DNA of 64,000 nt, taken from NCBI GenBank assembly GCA_020851735.1, contig JADZCD010000022.1:6438-70437 (forward strand), in the 5' to 3' direction. Numbering within the stretch: position 1 is the stretch's first letter; each line of letters begins with the position of its first letter. The DNA comes from Phycisphaeraceae bacterium (GTDB lineage: Bacteria > Planctomycetota > Phycisphaerae > Phycisphaerales > Phycisphaeraceae). Under the pieces are notes generated by a model. The model ran no database searches and had not been told where the DNA came from. It worked only from the letters and a program-made list of their open reading frames with translations. Made by a program: the position numbers and the translations under genes. Positions 55,155-63,375 of the stretch are shown here, in pieces.

Positions 55155-57320
55155 GTGAACGTGCGGGCATGGACGACCGTGCTGGTTATGTTGCCTTTCT
55201 GGTGCGCCGCCGACGCCGCCGCCCAGGCCATGCCGCGCATCGAGTCCCGCGCCGGCGGATTCTTCGACGCCCAGACCAGCCAACCGTTCTCCATGCGGGG
55301 CTTCAACTACATCCAGCTCTTTGACGATCGCGCCTGGCACGCCACCTTCGCGCCCGGCCTGTACGACCCCCAGCAAGCCGAAGCCGCCCTGGAAGAAATG
55401 GGCCGGCACGGATTCACCGTCGCCCGCGTCTTTATCGATCACGAAGCGCCCAACGGCGTCGTCACCTCCACGAGCGCCACCGAGCTCTCGCCCGTTTACA
55501 TGGACAACTTCGTCGACTTCCTTTCCCGCGCCCGGTCCCACGGCCTACGCGTCATTCCCTCGCTGGTCTATCTGGCCCAGACCAACGCCTACGCCCAGAT
55601 CATCGGGCCGTATGAGCCGGGCATCGAAAACATCAACCGCTATACCCTCGACGACGGATTCATCGCCGCCAAGGCCGCCTACGCCGCGGATTTCGTCAAC
55701 GCCGTCAAAGCCCGCGACGCCAGCCTGCTCTCGACCGTCTTCGCTTACGAATTGGAAAACGAAGCGAACATGACCGATCAGGCCAAACCCTTCTCCCAGA
55801 CCTCCGGGACCATCAGCAACACCGCCAGCGGCATCACCTACGACCTTTCCTCACCCGCCCAGAAACAGCAGTTGGCCGACGACAACACCGTCGTCTGGGC
55901 CGACACCGTCGCCGCCGCCATTCGCCAGGCCGACCCCGCCGCCATGGTCAGCGTCAACGTCTTTACCTATCAGGCCGTCGGGCGCACCGGCCCGGGCTTT
56001 ACCAGCGGGTCAGCCTGGAATGACGAGCGCTTCCCCGCCCGCCCGCTGGCGCTCCTGGACGCCAATCTGGATTACGTCGACGTGCATTTTTATCCCTTTA
56101 ACGACAACACCCTCACCGGTGACTTAGCCAGCATCGAATACGACGCCCTGATCGCCAAGTCCGCCCAGACCGGCATCCCCTTGGTCAGCGGCGAATTCGG
56201 GGCCTTTAAGAGCGCGTACCCGAACATCAACCTCGCCGCCCGCAAAATGCGCCAGCACATGGAAAGCGTCAACGCCAATGGCTTCGTCGGGCAGATGCTC
56301 TGGACCTATGACACCGACGCCCAGACCTTCCTGTGGAACGCCCGCTCCAATCGCGGCGAGATTTTCCAGGCCGTCTTCGCCACCTATCGCAAGCTCGATC
56401 GCTCCACCGCCCCCGTCGTCCAGGAAGCCTTCAGCTCCAGCAATCCCGCCGGAACACTGGAAGGAAAAAAGTCCGACTTAGGCGGCGTCCTCTGGGCCGG
56501 CGGCAGCGCCCTGCACGTGGCTGACGGCTTGCTGCGCCGCGAAGGCAGTAGTGGGGGGGTGGCCGCCGTCGTGCCCTACAACCCCAGCGCGGAAGAAATC
56601 ATCCGCCTCTACGGGCGTGTCAAATCGCCCTCCGGCAGCGCCGACTGGGTCGGCCTGGGCCTGACCGATCGCGTGGCCGGCGACGACGCCTTCTGGAACG
56701 ACGGGTCCCTCTGGATGCTCCTGCGCGGCAACGGCAATTACGAAGCCTGGATCGACGGCGTCAACATGTCCCTGTTGCCCAATCATCCCGACGCCCCCAG
56801 ATTCGCCCTCGGCGCCTGGAACGACCTGGAACTGATCTACGACGTCGGCCGCAACTGGGTCTGGCTGCTGATCAACGGCCAACCCGTCCTGGAAAAACAC
56901 GAATTAGGCTCCCTGGTCATCCCCGTGCTCGGCGCGGGACTGCACCTGTTTGCCGACGGCGCGGAAGTCAGTGATTTTGAACTCAACCTCCTGCCTTGCT
57001 TCTCCACCTTGGCCGGCGATTTCAACGCCGACGACCTGGTGACGCTCAGCGACGTCAATCCCTTTAAGTTAGCCCTGACCGACGAATCCGCCTTCGCCCA
57101 GGCCTATCCCGGCCTGCGCGCCAACCTGGTCGATCCCAATGGCGACGGCCTGGTGACCCTAAGCGATATCGCCGCCTTCAAAACCTTGTTAGCGCACGGC
57201 TCCATCTCCGTGCCCGAGCCCAGGTTCGTGGAACTGATCGCCGCGGCGCTGATCATCGCAGCCCTTCTGGGTAAGCGATCGCACTACAGGAAGGAAAAGG
57301 GAGGAATCAGGGGTCCGTGA
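55155..57320 (+). CDS. secreted GH5-like (clan GH-A) glycosidase with dockerin-like repeats and a PEP-CTERM anchor
   Basis: FAYELENEANM (acid/base NE) and SGEFGAF (nucleophile). Two dockerin/EF-hand-like repeats, GDFNADDLVTLSDVN and DPNGDGLVTLSDIA. C-terminus VPEPRFVELIAAALIIAALLGKR. I prefer the GTG start at 55155 because it gives a signal peptide; the track starts at a TTG at 55125. Confidence 0.7.
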   Translation: MNVRAWTTVLVMLPFWCAADAAAQAMPRIESRAGGFFDAQTSQPFSMRGFNYIQLFDDRAWHATFAPGLYDPQQAEAALEEMGRHGFTVARVFIDHEAPNGVVTSTSATELSPVYMDNFVDFLSRARSHGLRVIPSLVYLAQTNAYAQIIGPYEPGIENINRYTLDDGFIAAKAAYAADFVNAVKARDASLLSTVFAYELENEANMTDQAKPFSQTSGTISNTASGITYDLSSPAQKQQLADDNTVVWADTVAAAIRQADPAAMVSVNVFTYQAVGRTGPGFTSGSAWNDERFPARPLALLDANLDYVDVHFYPFNDNTLTGDLASIEYDALIAKSAQTGIPLVSGEFGAFKSAYPNINLAARKMRQHMESVNANGFVGQMLWTYDTDAQTFLWNARSNRGEIFQAVFATYRKLDRSTAPVVQEAFSSSNPAGTLEGKKSDLGGVLWAGGSALHVADGLLRREGSSGGVAAVVPYNPSAEEIIRLYGRVKSPSGSADWVGLGLTDRVAGDDAFWNDGSLWMLLRGNGNYEAWIDGVNMSLLPNHPDAPRFALGAWNDLELIYDVGRNWVWLLINGQPVLEKHELGSLVIPVLGAGLHLFADGAEVSDFELNLLPCFSTLAGDFNADDLVTLSDVNPFKLALTDESAFAQAYPGLRANLVDPNGDGLVTLSDIAAFKTLLAHGSISVPEPRFVELIAAALIIAALLGKRSHYRKEKGGIRGP

Positions 57321-57602
57321 GGTGTGGTGGTCGCGGAGGGAAGTCTGTCCGGGATCCGGGTCGGGGAGTAGGAGAGTCGTGGCGGGGGGATGCCGCGTCA
57401 GGGGAGTGGGTGGGAATGGCAGGGTAGGGCCGTGAGGAGTGGGGGGGGCGTGGGCCGGCCGAATGGCGCCGGCTCGGGGAGGTCGCGATAGAGGGGGCCG
57501 GAGTTCGAGGGAGCCGGGCAGGGGAACCTGCCTCCGGGAGGCGCCGGGGAGCGGGGGAAATGTTTAGCGGCGGTTCGCAGAACCGCGCGCGAATGTCCGG
57601 GG

Positions 57603-57683
57603 GCACTTCCGGGGGCGACGATAGCCCCGCATGGAAATGCGGGGCCGGCTTGGTTACTTCCGGGGTTACTTCCGGGCGTACTT
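57603..57683 (+). repeat. element A copy 2
   Basis: GCACTTCCGGGGGCGACGATAGCCCCGCATGGAAATGCGGGGCCGGCTTGGTTACTTCCGGGGTTACTTCCGGGCGTACTTCCGGGGGGGG. Confidence 0.92.
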
Positions 57684-57705
57684 CCGGGGGGGGATTTATC
57701 GGCTA

Positions 57706-57739
57706 AGCCCCAGCAGGACGCTGGGGCTGAGTTTTTTTA
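57706..57739 (+). terminator. rho-independent terminator-like hairpin
   Basis: AGCCCCAGC-aggac-GCTGGGGCT followed by GAGTTTTTTTA. It shares the CTAAGCCCCAGC arm with the long inverted repeat at 63225-63309. Confidence 0.6.
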
Positions 57740-57766
57740 TCAACGCGCCGCCCGCTCGCCGCGCCG

Positions 57767-60421
57767 TCACATCAACGTCACCGGGTCCACGTCCACAGCC
57801 GTATGCGCGTCGGACTTAAGCACCCGGGCATTGCGCAGCCCCGTCAGCAACTTCTGCAAGCGCGACGCGTCCGGGGCAAGCACCTGGATTTCCTGCCGGT
57901 GAAACTGATTAATCCGCGCAATCGGACAAGGCATCGGCCCCTGCACGCGGGCGCCGGTCTGCATCTGCTTTTCCATGGCCGCCAGCGCCTCGGCCAGCTT
58001 CCGCCCATGGGCCAGGCAAGCCTCCAAGTCACGATCGCGCACCACAATCCGCGCCAGCCGCGTGATCGGCGGCAGATTCACCTGCTTGCGCAGCGCCAGC
58101 TCGCCCCGGGCAAACTCGTCAAAATCATGCTTGGCCGCCAAGGTGATCGCCAACTCCCTGGGACTGAACGATTGCACCACCACCAGCCCCGGATGCCCAC
58201 CCTTCCCGCCGCGCCCCGCCCGCCCCGCCACCTGCGCCACCAGTTGAAACGTCCGCTCCGACGCCCGGAAGTCCGGCATGTTCAGCGCCGTGTCCGCCGA
58301 GATCACCCCCACCAGCTGCACATTGGGAAAATCCAACCCCTTGGCGATCATCTGCGTCCCCAGCAGCACCTGCAGCTCGCCCCGCCCAAACGCCTTCAGC
58401 GCCGCCTGATAGTCCCCGCTGGTGCTCATCGTGTCCGAGTCCATCCGCAGCAGCGTCACGCCCGGAAACTTCTTGCCCATCTCCTCCTCCACCCGCTGCG
58501 TGCCCAACCCGAACACCACCACCTTCTTCCCGCACACCGGGCAGACACGCGGCAGCAACTGCTCGGCCCCGCAGTGATGACACCGCACCAGCCCGCCGTA
58601 GGAGCTTTTCTGCCCAGCCGAGAATTTGTGATAGATCATCAGCGCATCGCAATACGCGCAGTTGAGCATCCACCCGCAGCCATGATCCGGACACGCGATG
58701 TAATTGGCATACCCCCGCCGATTGAGCAGCAAAATCGCCTGCCCGCCGTTCGCCATCGTCTGCCTCAGCGCCCCCTCCAGCCGCATGCTCAGCAGATGCA
58801 CCCCGCGCCTTAATTTGCGCTCTTCCTTTAAATCCACGATCTCCACCCGCGGCAATTTCAAGCCCGTCACGCGCTCCGGCAGGCGATGCAGCACATACCC
58901 CCGCCCCGATTCCGCCGTCGTGTTGTAATACGATTCCAGGCTCGGCGTGGCGGACCCCAGCACCACCGGAATATCCAGCAGCTGCGCCCGCCGCACCGCC
59001 ACGTCCCGCGCGTGATAACGCGGCAGCTGATCCTGCTTGTAGCTGCCGTCGTGCTCCTCGTCGACAATGATCACCGCCAGATTCGCCAGCGGCGCAAAAA
59101 TCGCCGACCGCGCCCCGACCACAATCCGCGCCTGGCCCGTCCGTATCCGCCGCCATTGCTCATGCCTCTGGGCCGCACTCAACCCCGAATGCAATACCGC
59201 CACCGTCGCCCCAAAACGCCCGTAAAACCGCGCCACCGTCTGCGGCGTAAGCGCAATCTCCGGCACCAACACAATCGCCCCCGGAAGTGCTCCCCCCCCT
59301 GAAGTGCCCCCGGAAATGTCGGATCGTTTAGCGGGCGATCGCAGATCGCCGTCTCCGTTGCCATTGAGCAAATGCTCAATAACCCGCAGATACACTTCCG
59401 TCTTCCCCGACCCCGTCACCCCGTGCAGCAGGTGCACGGAAAATCCCTTGTGAATTGAATCCGCGATCCGATCCAACGCCGCACGCTGATGTTCGGATAG
59501 CTCCAGCCCCACCCCCGCTGCCGCGCCGCCGCCAACGTCGCCCCCCGCCTTAGGCGCCGAAATAAAACTCAACATCGGATCCACCGCCCGCACCGTCGGA
59601 CGAATCGACGACTCCAATAGTCCCATCTCGATCAGCCGCCGCAGCGGCGCCGTGGTTTTCGCACCCGCCAAATCCGCCAACGCACGCAACTCAATCCACC
59701 CCCCCTCATGTTCCCCCTCAATCCCCCCCTCGCTTCCCCCCTCGTCTCCCCCGCCATCCTGCCCCGCTCTGGCCTGCTCAGCGCGTTGGCACGCCACCTC
59801 CAACGCCCTTTTTTGCAGGGCGGAAATTCGAGGCGGTTTCCGCGAACCCCCCTGATCCCGCGCCGACGCGGCATCACTTCCGTCACTTCCGGGGGTACTG
59901 CTTCCAGCGGTAGCCCCGCATGGAAATGCGGGGCCGGCTTGGCTACTTCCGGGGTCACTTCCGGGGGGGAAGCGGACGAACGTTTGCAGCGTCGTGCCTG
60001 TGCCGTGTTTCACTGCCGCCGGCAGCATCGTCACCAGCACCATGCCCAGCGGGCAGCAGTAATACGACGCCAGCCAGCGTGCCAGCTCGATCAAGTCCTT
60101 GGTCAGCGACAGTCCCATCGGGTCGCGTCCCTGGATCGCCTTGATGGCATGCGGCTTTTGCGTTTGGGCCGGCTGCTGGGTGGTGACCTGGAGGATATAA
60201 CCCGACACAGCTTTATTGTTCTTACCCAACGGCACGACCACCCGATCGCCCACGCCCAAGTCAGACAGGTGTCCAGGCACAGCGTACGTCAGCCCATCGG
60301 GCCCGATATCCACCCCCTGTTCGAGCGCCACCAGCGCGAATCCGCAGCCATCGCCCGGCAGCGCGCCCAATGCCTTTGGGCCCGTGTCTGGAGCAGGAGA
60401 GTTATCAAACAAGCCAGCCAT
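57767..60421 (-). CDS. priA: primosomal protein N' (PriA helicase) with two repeat inserts
   Basis: LLHGVTGSGKTEVYL..VLVPEIALTPQ, DEEHD, the Cys-rich zinc region CPDHGC..CAYC..CHHCG..CPVCG, and QVAGRAGR. I chose the start at 60421 (MAGLFDN). Confidence 0.93.
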   Translation of the reverse strand: MAGLFDNSPAPDTGPKALGALPGDGCGFALVALEQGVDIGPDGLTYAVPGHLSDLGVGDRVVVPLGKNNKAVSGYILQVTTQQPAQTQKPHAIKAIQGRDPMGLSLTKDLIELARWLASYYCCPLGMVLVTMLPAAVKHGTGTTLQTFVRFPPGSDPGSSQAGPAFPCGATAGSSTPGSDGSDAASARDQGGSRKPPRISALQKRALEVACQRAEQARAGQDGGGDEGGSEGGIEGEHEGGWIELRALADLAGAKTTAPLRRLIEMGLLESSIRPTVRAVDPMLSFISAPKAGGDVGGGAAAGVGLELSEHQRAALDRIADSIHKGFSVHLLHGVTGSGKTEVYLRVIEHLLNGNGDGDLRSPAKRSDISGGTSGGGALPGAIVLVPEIALTPQTVARFYGRFGATVAVLHSGLSAAQRHEQWRRIRTGQARIVVGARSAIFAPLANLAVIIVDEEHDGSYKQDQLPRYHARDVAVRRAQLLDIPVVLGSATPSLESYYNTTAESGRGYVLHRLPERVTGLKLPRVEIVDLKEERKLRRGVHLLSMRLEGALRQTMANGGQAILLLNRRGYANYIACPDHGCGWMLNCAYCDALMIYHKFSAGQKSSYGGLVRCHHCGAEQLLPRVCPVCGKKVVVFGLGTQRVEEEMGKKFPGVTLLRMDSDTMSTSGDYQAALKAFGRGELQVLLGTQMIAKGLDFPNVQLVGVISADTALNMPDFRASERTFQLVAQVAGRAGRGGKGGHPGLVVVQSFSPRELAITLAAKHDFDEFARGELALRKQVNLPPITRLARIVVRDRDLEACLAHGRKLAEALAAMEKQMQTGARVQGPMPCPIARINQFHRQEIQVLAPDASRLQKLLTGLRNARVLKSDAHTAVDVDPVTLM
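59277..59316. repeat. CCGGAAG units inside the priA helicase core
   Basis: CGCCCCCGGAAGTGCTCCCCCCCCTGAAGTGCCCCCGGAAATG, encoding ..ISGGTSGGGALPGA.. between Walker A and the VLVPEIALTPQ strand. Confidence 0.85.
59874..59968 (+). repeat. element A copy 3, entirely inside the priA CDS
   Basis: TCACTTCCGTCACTTCCGGGGGTACTGCTTCCAGCGGTAGCCCCGCATGGAAATGCGGGGCCGGCTTGGCTACTTCCGGGGTCACTTCCGGGGGGG, read on the minus strand as ..PPGSDPGSSQAGPAFPCGATAGSSTPGSDGSD.. Confidence 0.92.
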
Positions 60422-60562
60422 GGTGTTCTGGTTTATCAGGAAATATTGCTGAAGGTTATGTCCAGGAAAGACTTGTAACTTACCCGCCCGTCCCCAGCCT
60501 CCGCCCGCCGCCTGCGGAAGGTATTCCAGGCGCGCTTCCGGCGGCACATCCGGGTCCCCGAC

Positions 60563-60797
60563 TAGCCCCGCATGGAAGAACGCTAGGCATCATTGGAAGA
60601 CGTCCAAGCATTTAGCCGCAGATAAACGCAGATGAACACTAGACATGGAGTTCTTGGATCCCATCTGCGTTTATCAGCGTTCATCTGCGGCCATATTGAA
60701 TCCTGATCTGAAATCATCTCGTTAATGCATAACGTTCGGAAATACGGGGCCGGCTTAGTTGCTTCTGCGAGGCACTTCCGGGGGCGCTTCCGGGGGG
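60563..60797 (+). repeat. element A copy 4, with its hairpin interrupted by a family-D inverted-repeat element
   Basis: TAGCCCCGCATGGAA | about 160 nt including GCCGCAGATAAACGCAGATGAAC..CATCTGCGTTTATCAGCGTTCATCTGCGGC | GGAAATACGGGGCCGGCTTAG, then CACTTCCGGGGGCGCTTCCGGGGGG. Confidence 0.85.
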
Positions 60798-60866
60798 TAT
60801 TGTACGGAGATTCACGCTCATCGTTGCGCTGGGCCGATGAGACTTTTGTTTGTGTGAAAGGCCGTC

Positions 60867-61112
60867 ATGGCAGGTAAGCGTGACAGGACGGATGTGAACT
60901 GTTGTCCCTTCATCGACCACGATGATGCCCGATGCGCCAAGCACTTCACCTTCCGCTGGCTTAACGAAGCATTCAATCTCTGCGCCAATGATTACCGCCA
61001 ATGCCCGACCTACGGGCAAATCCGCGCGGAAGCCCAGCGGGCCCGGGTGGTCGTTACCCTCCAAGGCCGACCCGTCAGCCAAGAACCGGGGCTACGAAGC
61101 GCCGCTTCGTGA
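60867..61112 (+). CDS. small Cys-rich hypothetical protein (81 aa)
   Basis: MAGKRDRTDVNCCPFIDHDDARCAKHFTFRWLNEAFNLCANDYRQCPTY has five Cys and coding-like codon usage. It overlaps the 5' part of the recombinase ORF in another frame. Confidence 0.4.
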   Translation: MAGKRDRTDVNCCPFIDHDDARCAKHFTFRWLNEAFNLCANDYRQCPTYGQIRAEAQRARVVVTLQGRPVSQEPGLRSAAS

Positions 61113-61980
61113 CTTTATCGGCTATTGCCGCGTCGAATGCGGATTCGCCCAGGCGACCTTGCGGGCCTATGCCTCCGACTTAGTCGAGCTGCAGCTCTGG
61201 ATGCAAGCCTTAGGCGAGCAAAGCTGGAAGGGACTGACCGCCAAGCGCCTGGCCGAGCACGTCCAAGCCCTGCATCACCGCGGTTTAGCCATCAGCTCCA
61301 TCGCCCGTCACGTCGCCACCATCCGCGTCTTCGGGCGCTACTTAAAATGGCTGGAAGAAGTCGCCGAGGACCCCGCCGATCTGCTTGAACAGCCCAAGGG
61401 TTGGCAGCGCGTGCCCGAAGTGCTCAGCGTCCAGCGGATGCGCAGCATTTTGGAGGCCCCCAGCCAGGAAGACGTGCTGCGTCTGCGTGACGCAGCCATT
61501 CTCGAACTGCTCTACGCCGGCGGGCTGCGGGCCAGCGAATTGGCGGATCTGGACCGCGTCCGCCTGCACCTGGACCTGGGCATCGTCCGGGTCGTGGGCA
61601 AGGGCAACCGCGAGCGCGTGGTGCCCGTGGGCAAGCCCGCCATGCTGGCCGTCAAAACTTATCTGGCCGAGCTTCGTCCCAAGCTCCAGCGCGAAGACCG
61701 CATCACCGATCGGCTGTTTCTCTCCCGCACCGGGCACCCGATCACCCGCATCGTCGTCTGGCAGATCGTCAGCAAATACGCCCGCCGCGCCGGCCTGCGC
61801 GACGTCCACCCCCACACCCTGCGCCACTCCTTCGCCACGCACCTGCTCGCCGGCGGGGCCGACCTCCGCATCGTTCAGGAAATGCTCGGGCACGCCAACA
61901 TCAAAACCACCCAGATCTACACCCACGTCGACCGCAGCCGCCTTAAAGACGTCATCCGCAAATTTCACCCCCGCGGGTAA
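60988..61980 (+). CDS. tyrosine site-specific recombinase XerC/XerD type
   Basis: N-terminal SAM-like domain (FIGYCRVECGFAQATLRAYASDL). The catalytic region has LLYAGGLRASEL, HTLRHSFATHLL, LGHANIKTTQIYTHV (R..HxxR..H..Y). The start is uncertain: the in-frame ATGs are at 60922, 60925 and 60988, and there is none closer to the conserved core. Confidence 0.85.
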   Translation: MITANARPTGKSARKPSGPGWSLPSKADPSAKNRGYEAPLRDFIGYCRVECGFAQATLRAYASDLVELQLWMQALGEQSWKGLTAKRLAEHVQALHHRGLAISSIARHVATIRVFGRYLKWLEEVAEDPADLLEQPKGWQRVPEVLSVQRMRSILEAPSQEDVLRLRDAAILELLYAGGLRASELADLDRVRLHLDLGIVRVVGKGNRERVVPVGKPAMLAVKTYLAELRPKLQREDRITDRLFLSRTGHPITRIVVWQIVSKYARRAGLRDVHPHTLRHSFATHLLAGGADLRIVQEMLGHANIKTTQIYTHVDRSRLKDVIRKFHPRG

Positions 61981-62079
61981 TAGCCCCAACGTCACGAATT
62001 CGCGATGGTTTCGTCAAGCCCAGGCATCGCCATGCCTCGGTCGCCTTTTTCCCGGCGGTCATTCTCAGGACCCCCCCCC

Positions 62080-63015
62080 TCACTCCTCGCCAATCCGCAA
62101 AATCTGACTCTGCACCTCCTCATCGAGCGTCTGCTCGAGCGTCTGCCCCTGCACGCGGATGGTCGTCTGCAGCGTAAAGTGCAGCTGGTTGTTGCGCCCG
62201 ACCGCTTCGTGACGCTGCAAGTCCCAGAGCACCTGTTGTTCCGACGATCCTTCCGTCAGCCGCACGGACGACCCCGCCGGCAGACGCGCCACGCGCTGCG
62301 CGTCGGGCTCAAAACGCACCTTCGCCTGTCCCTGCACCGTGGCGATGGGAATGTCCGCGATCGTCTCCACGCCCGCTAGGGAAAAAGTCGTGTCGTACGT
62401 CAACTGCCCCATCTCATGCGACCGCGCAAACGTGAAGGGCCACTTCTGGCCCACCTTCAACTCCGCCGGCCCGCCGGCCAGAATCGCCGTGTCGTAAACG
62501 CTTTTGGTCAAATCCGATTCATCGACCGACTTGGCCATCGCCTCCTCCAGCTTGCCGCGGATCGCCTCCACGCCGCTGATCTTGTCCACCACCGCGTCCG
62601 GCGACAGCTCCACCCGGATCGGCGCGCCCGCCATCGCCCGGATGACCTGCCACAGCGCCGCCGGCTCGCCCGAGGATTGCCGGCTGTCGATGGTCATGCG
62701 CCGCCCGTCCGCCGTCGTCAGGTCCGCCTTGATCCAATCCATCACATACGTCGCCGTCGCCGCTCCGTCCGCCGCCACCGTGTCAATCGTCCAGGTGATT
62801 TGGCCCTGAAAAATCACTTCATGCCGCGTCTGCTGCCGTTGCCCCCTGGCCTCCAATGCCTGCCTGGACGATCGCCGCGTCCAGAACTCGTACCGGCTGG
62901 TGCGCCCAGCCTCAAACCGCGGACGAAGATCGTAAACCTCCCGCGCCTCCTGCGCCGGCACAGCCCAAGAGAGCATCAGCAGCAGGCAGAGCGTGGCTGA
63001 GAAAATTGTTTTCAT
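62080..63015 (-). CDS. secreted hypothetical protein
   Basis: Signal peptide MKTIFSATLCLLLMLSWAVPAQEA. No recognisable motif. Confidence 0.55.
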   Translation of the reverse strand: MKTIFSATLCLLLMLSWAVPAQEAREVYDLRPRFEAGRTSRYEFWTRRSSRQALEARGQRQQTRHEVIFQGQITWTIDTVAADGAATATYVMDWIKADLTTADGRRMTIDSRQSSGEPAALWQVIRAMAGAPIRVELSPDAVVDKISGVEAIRGKLEEAMAKSVDESDLTKSVYDTAILAGGPAELKVGQKWPFTFARSHEMGQLTYDTTFSLAGVETIADIPIATVQGQAKVRFEPDAQRVARLPAGSSVRLTEGSSEQQVLWDLQRHEAVGRNNQLHFTLQTTIRVQGQTLEQTLDEEVQSQILRIGEE

Positions 63016-63140
63016 GGCTGTTCCATAGAAAAAACAGGACACATCAAACCGCAGTGCGGCCAGGGTCAGTCCGTGGTCCGATCGCGATCAATTAATGATA
63101 GCTGCCCACGCGGATCGTTGACGCCATCGCTTGCCGGAGA

Positions 63141-63222
63141 ACTTCCGGGGGTGTGCAAGCCCCGCATGGAAATGCGGGGCCGGCTTGGTCCCTTCCGGGG
63201 CCACTTCCGGCGTCACTTCCGG
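63141..63222 (+). repeat. element A copy 5
   Basis: ACTTCCGGGGGTGTGCAAGCCCCGCATGGAAATGCGGGGCCGGCTTGGTCCCTTCCGGGGCCACTTCCGGCGTCACTTCCGG. Confidence 0.92.
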
Positions 63223-63224
63223 CC

Positions 63225-63309
63225 GGGTGGCTGGGGCTAAGCAATGCGTGCCCTAGGGCCTTGTTCTCGATAGTCCCGCTGGGGCACGAAGACTTAGCCC
63301 CAGCCACCC
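63225..63309. repeat. perfect 17-bp inverted repeat GGGTGGCTGGGGCTAAG / CTTAGCCCCAGCCACCC with a 51-nt loop
   Basis: Arms at 63225-63241 and 63293-63309. There is an inner CGTGCCC/GGGCACG pairing. Confidence 0.9.
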
Positions 63310-63375
63310 AGCCGAACGTTATGACTCAAGTTAGAGCGTCAAAAATTAACCGCAAATAGAGTTTTTGCATCGGAA

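Noticed and set aside
57803-59156. ORFs 57803-58813 (+) and 58125-59156 (-)
   Set aside because: Shadow and alternative frames of priA.
59277-59968. Inteins or group I/II introns as an explanation for the extra segments in priA, dnaA, parB and others
   Set aside because: The inserts are only about 15-90 codons. They lack intein splice-junction residues and blocks (no Cys/Ser/Thr +1 with a preceding His-Asn, no endonuclease motifs). Their DNA is identical in type to the intergenic repeats.
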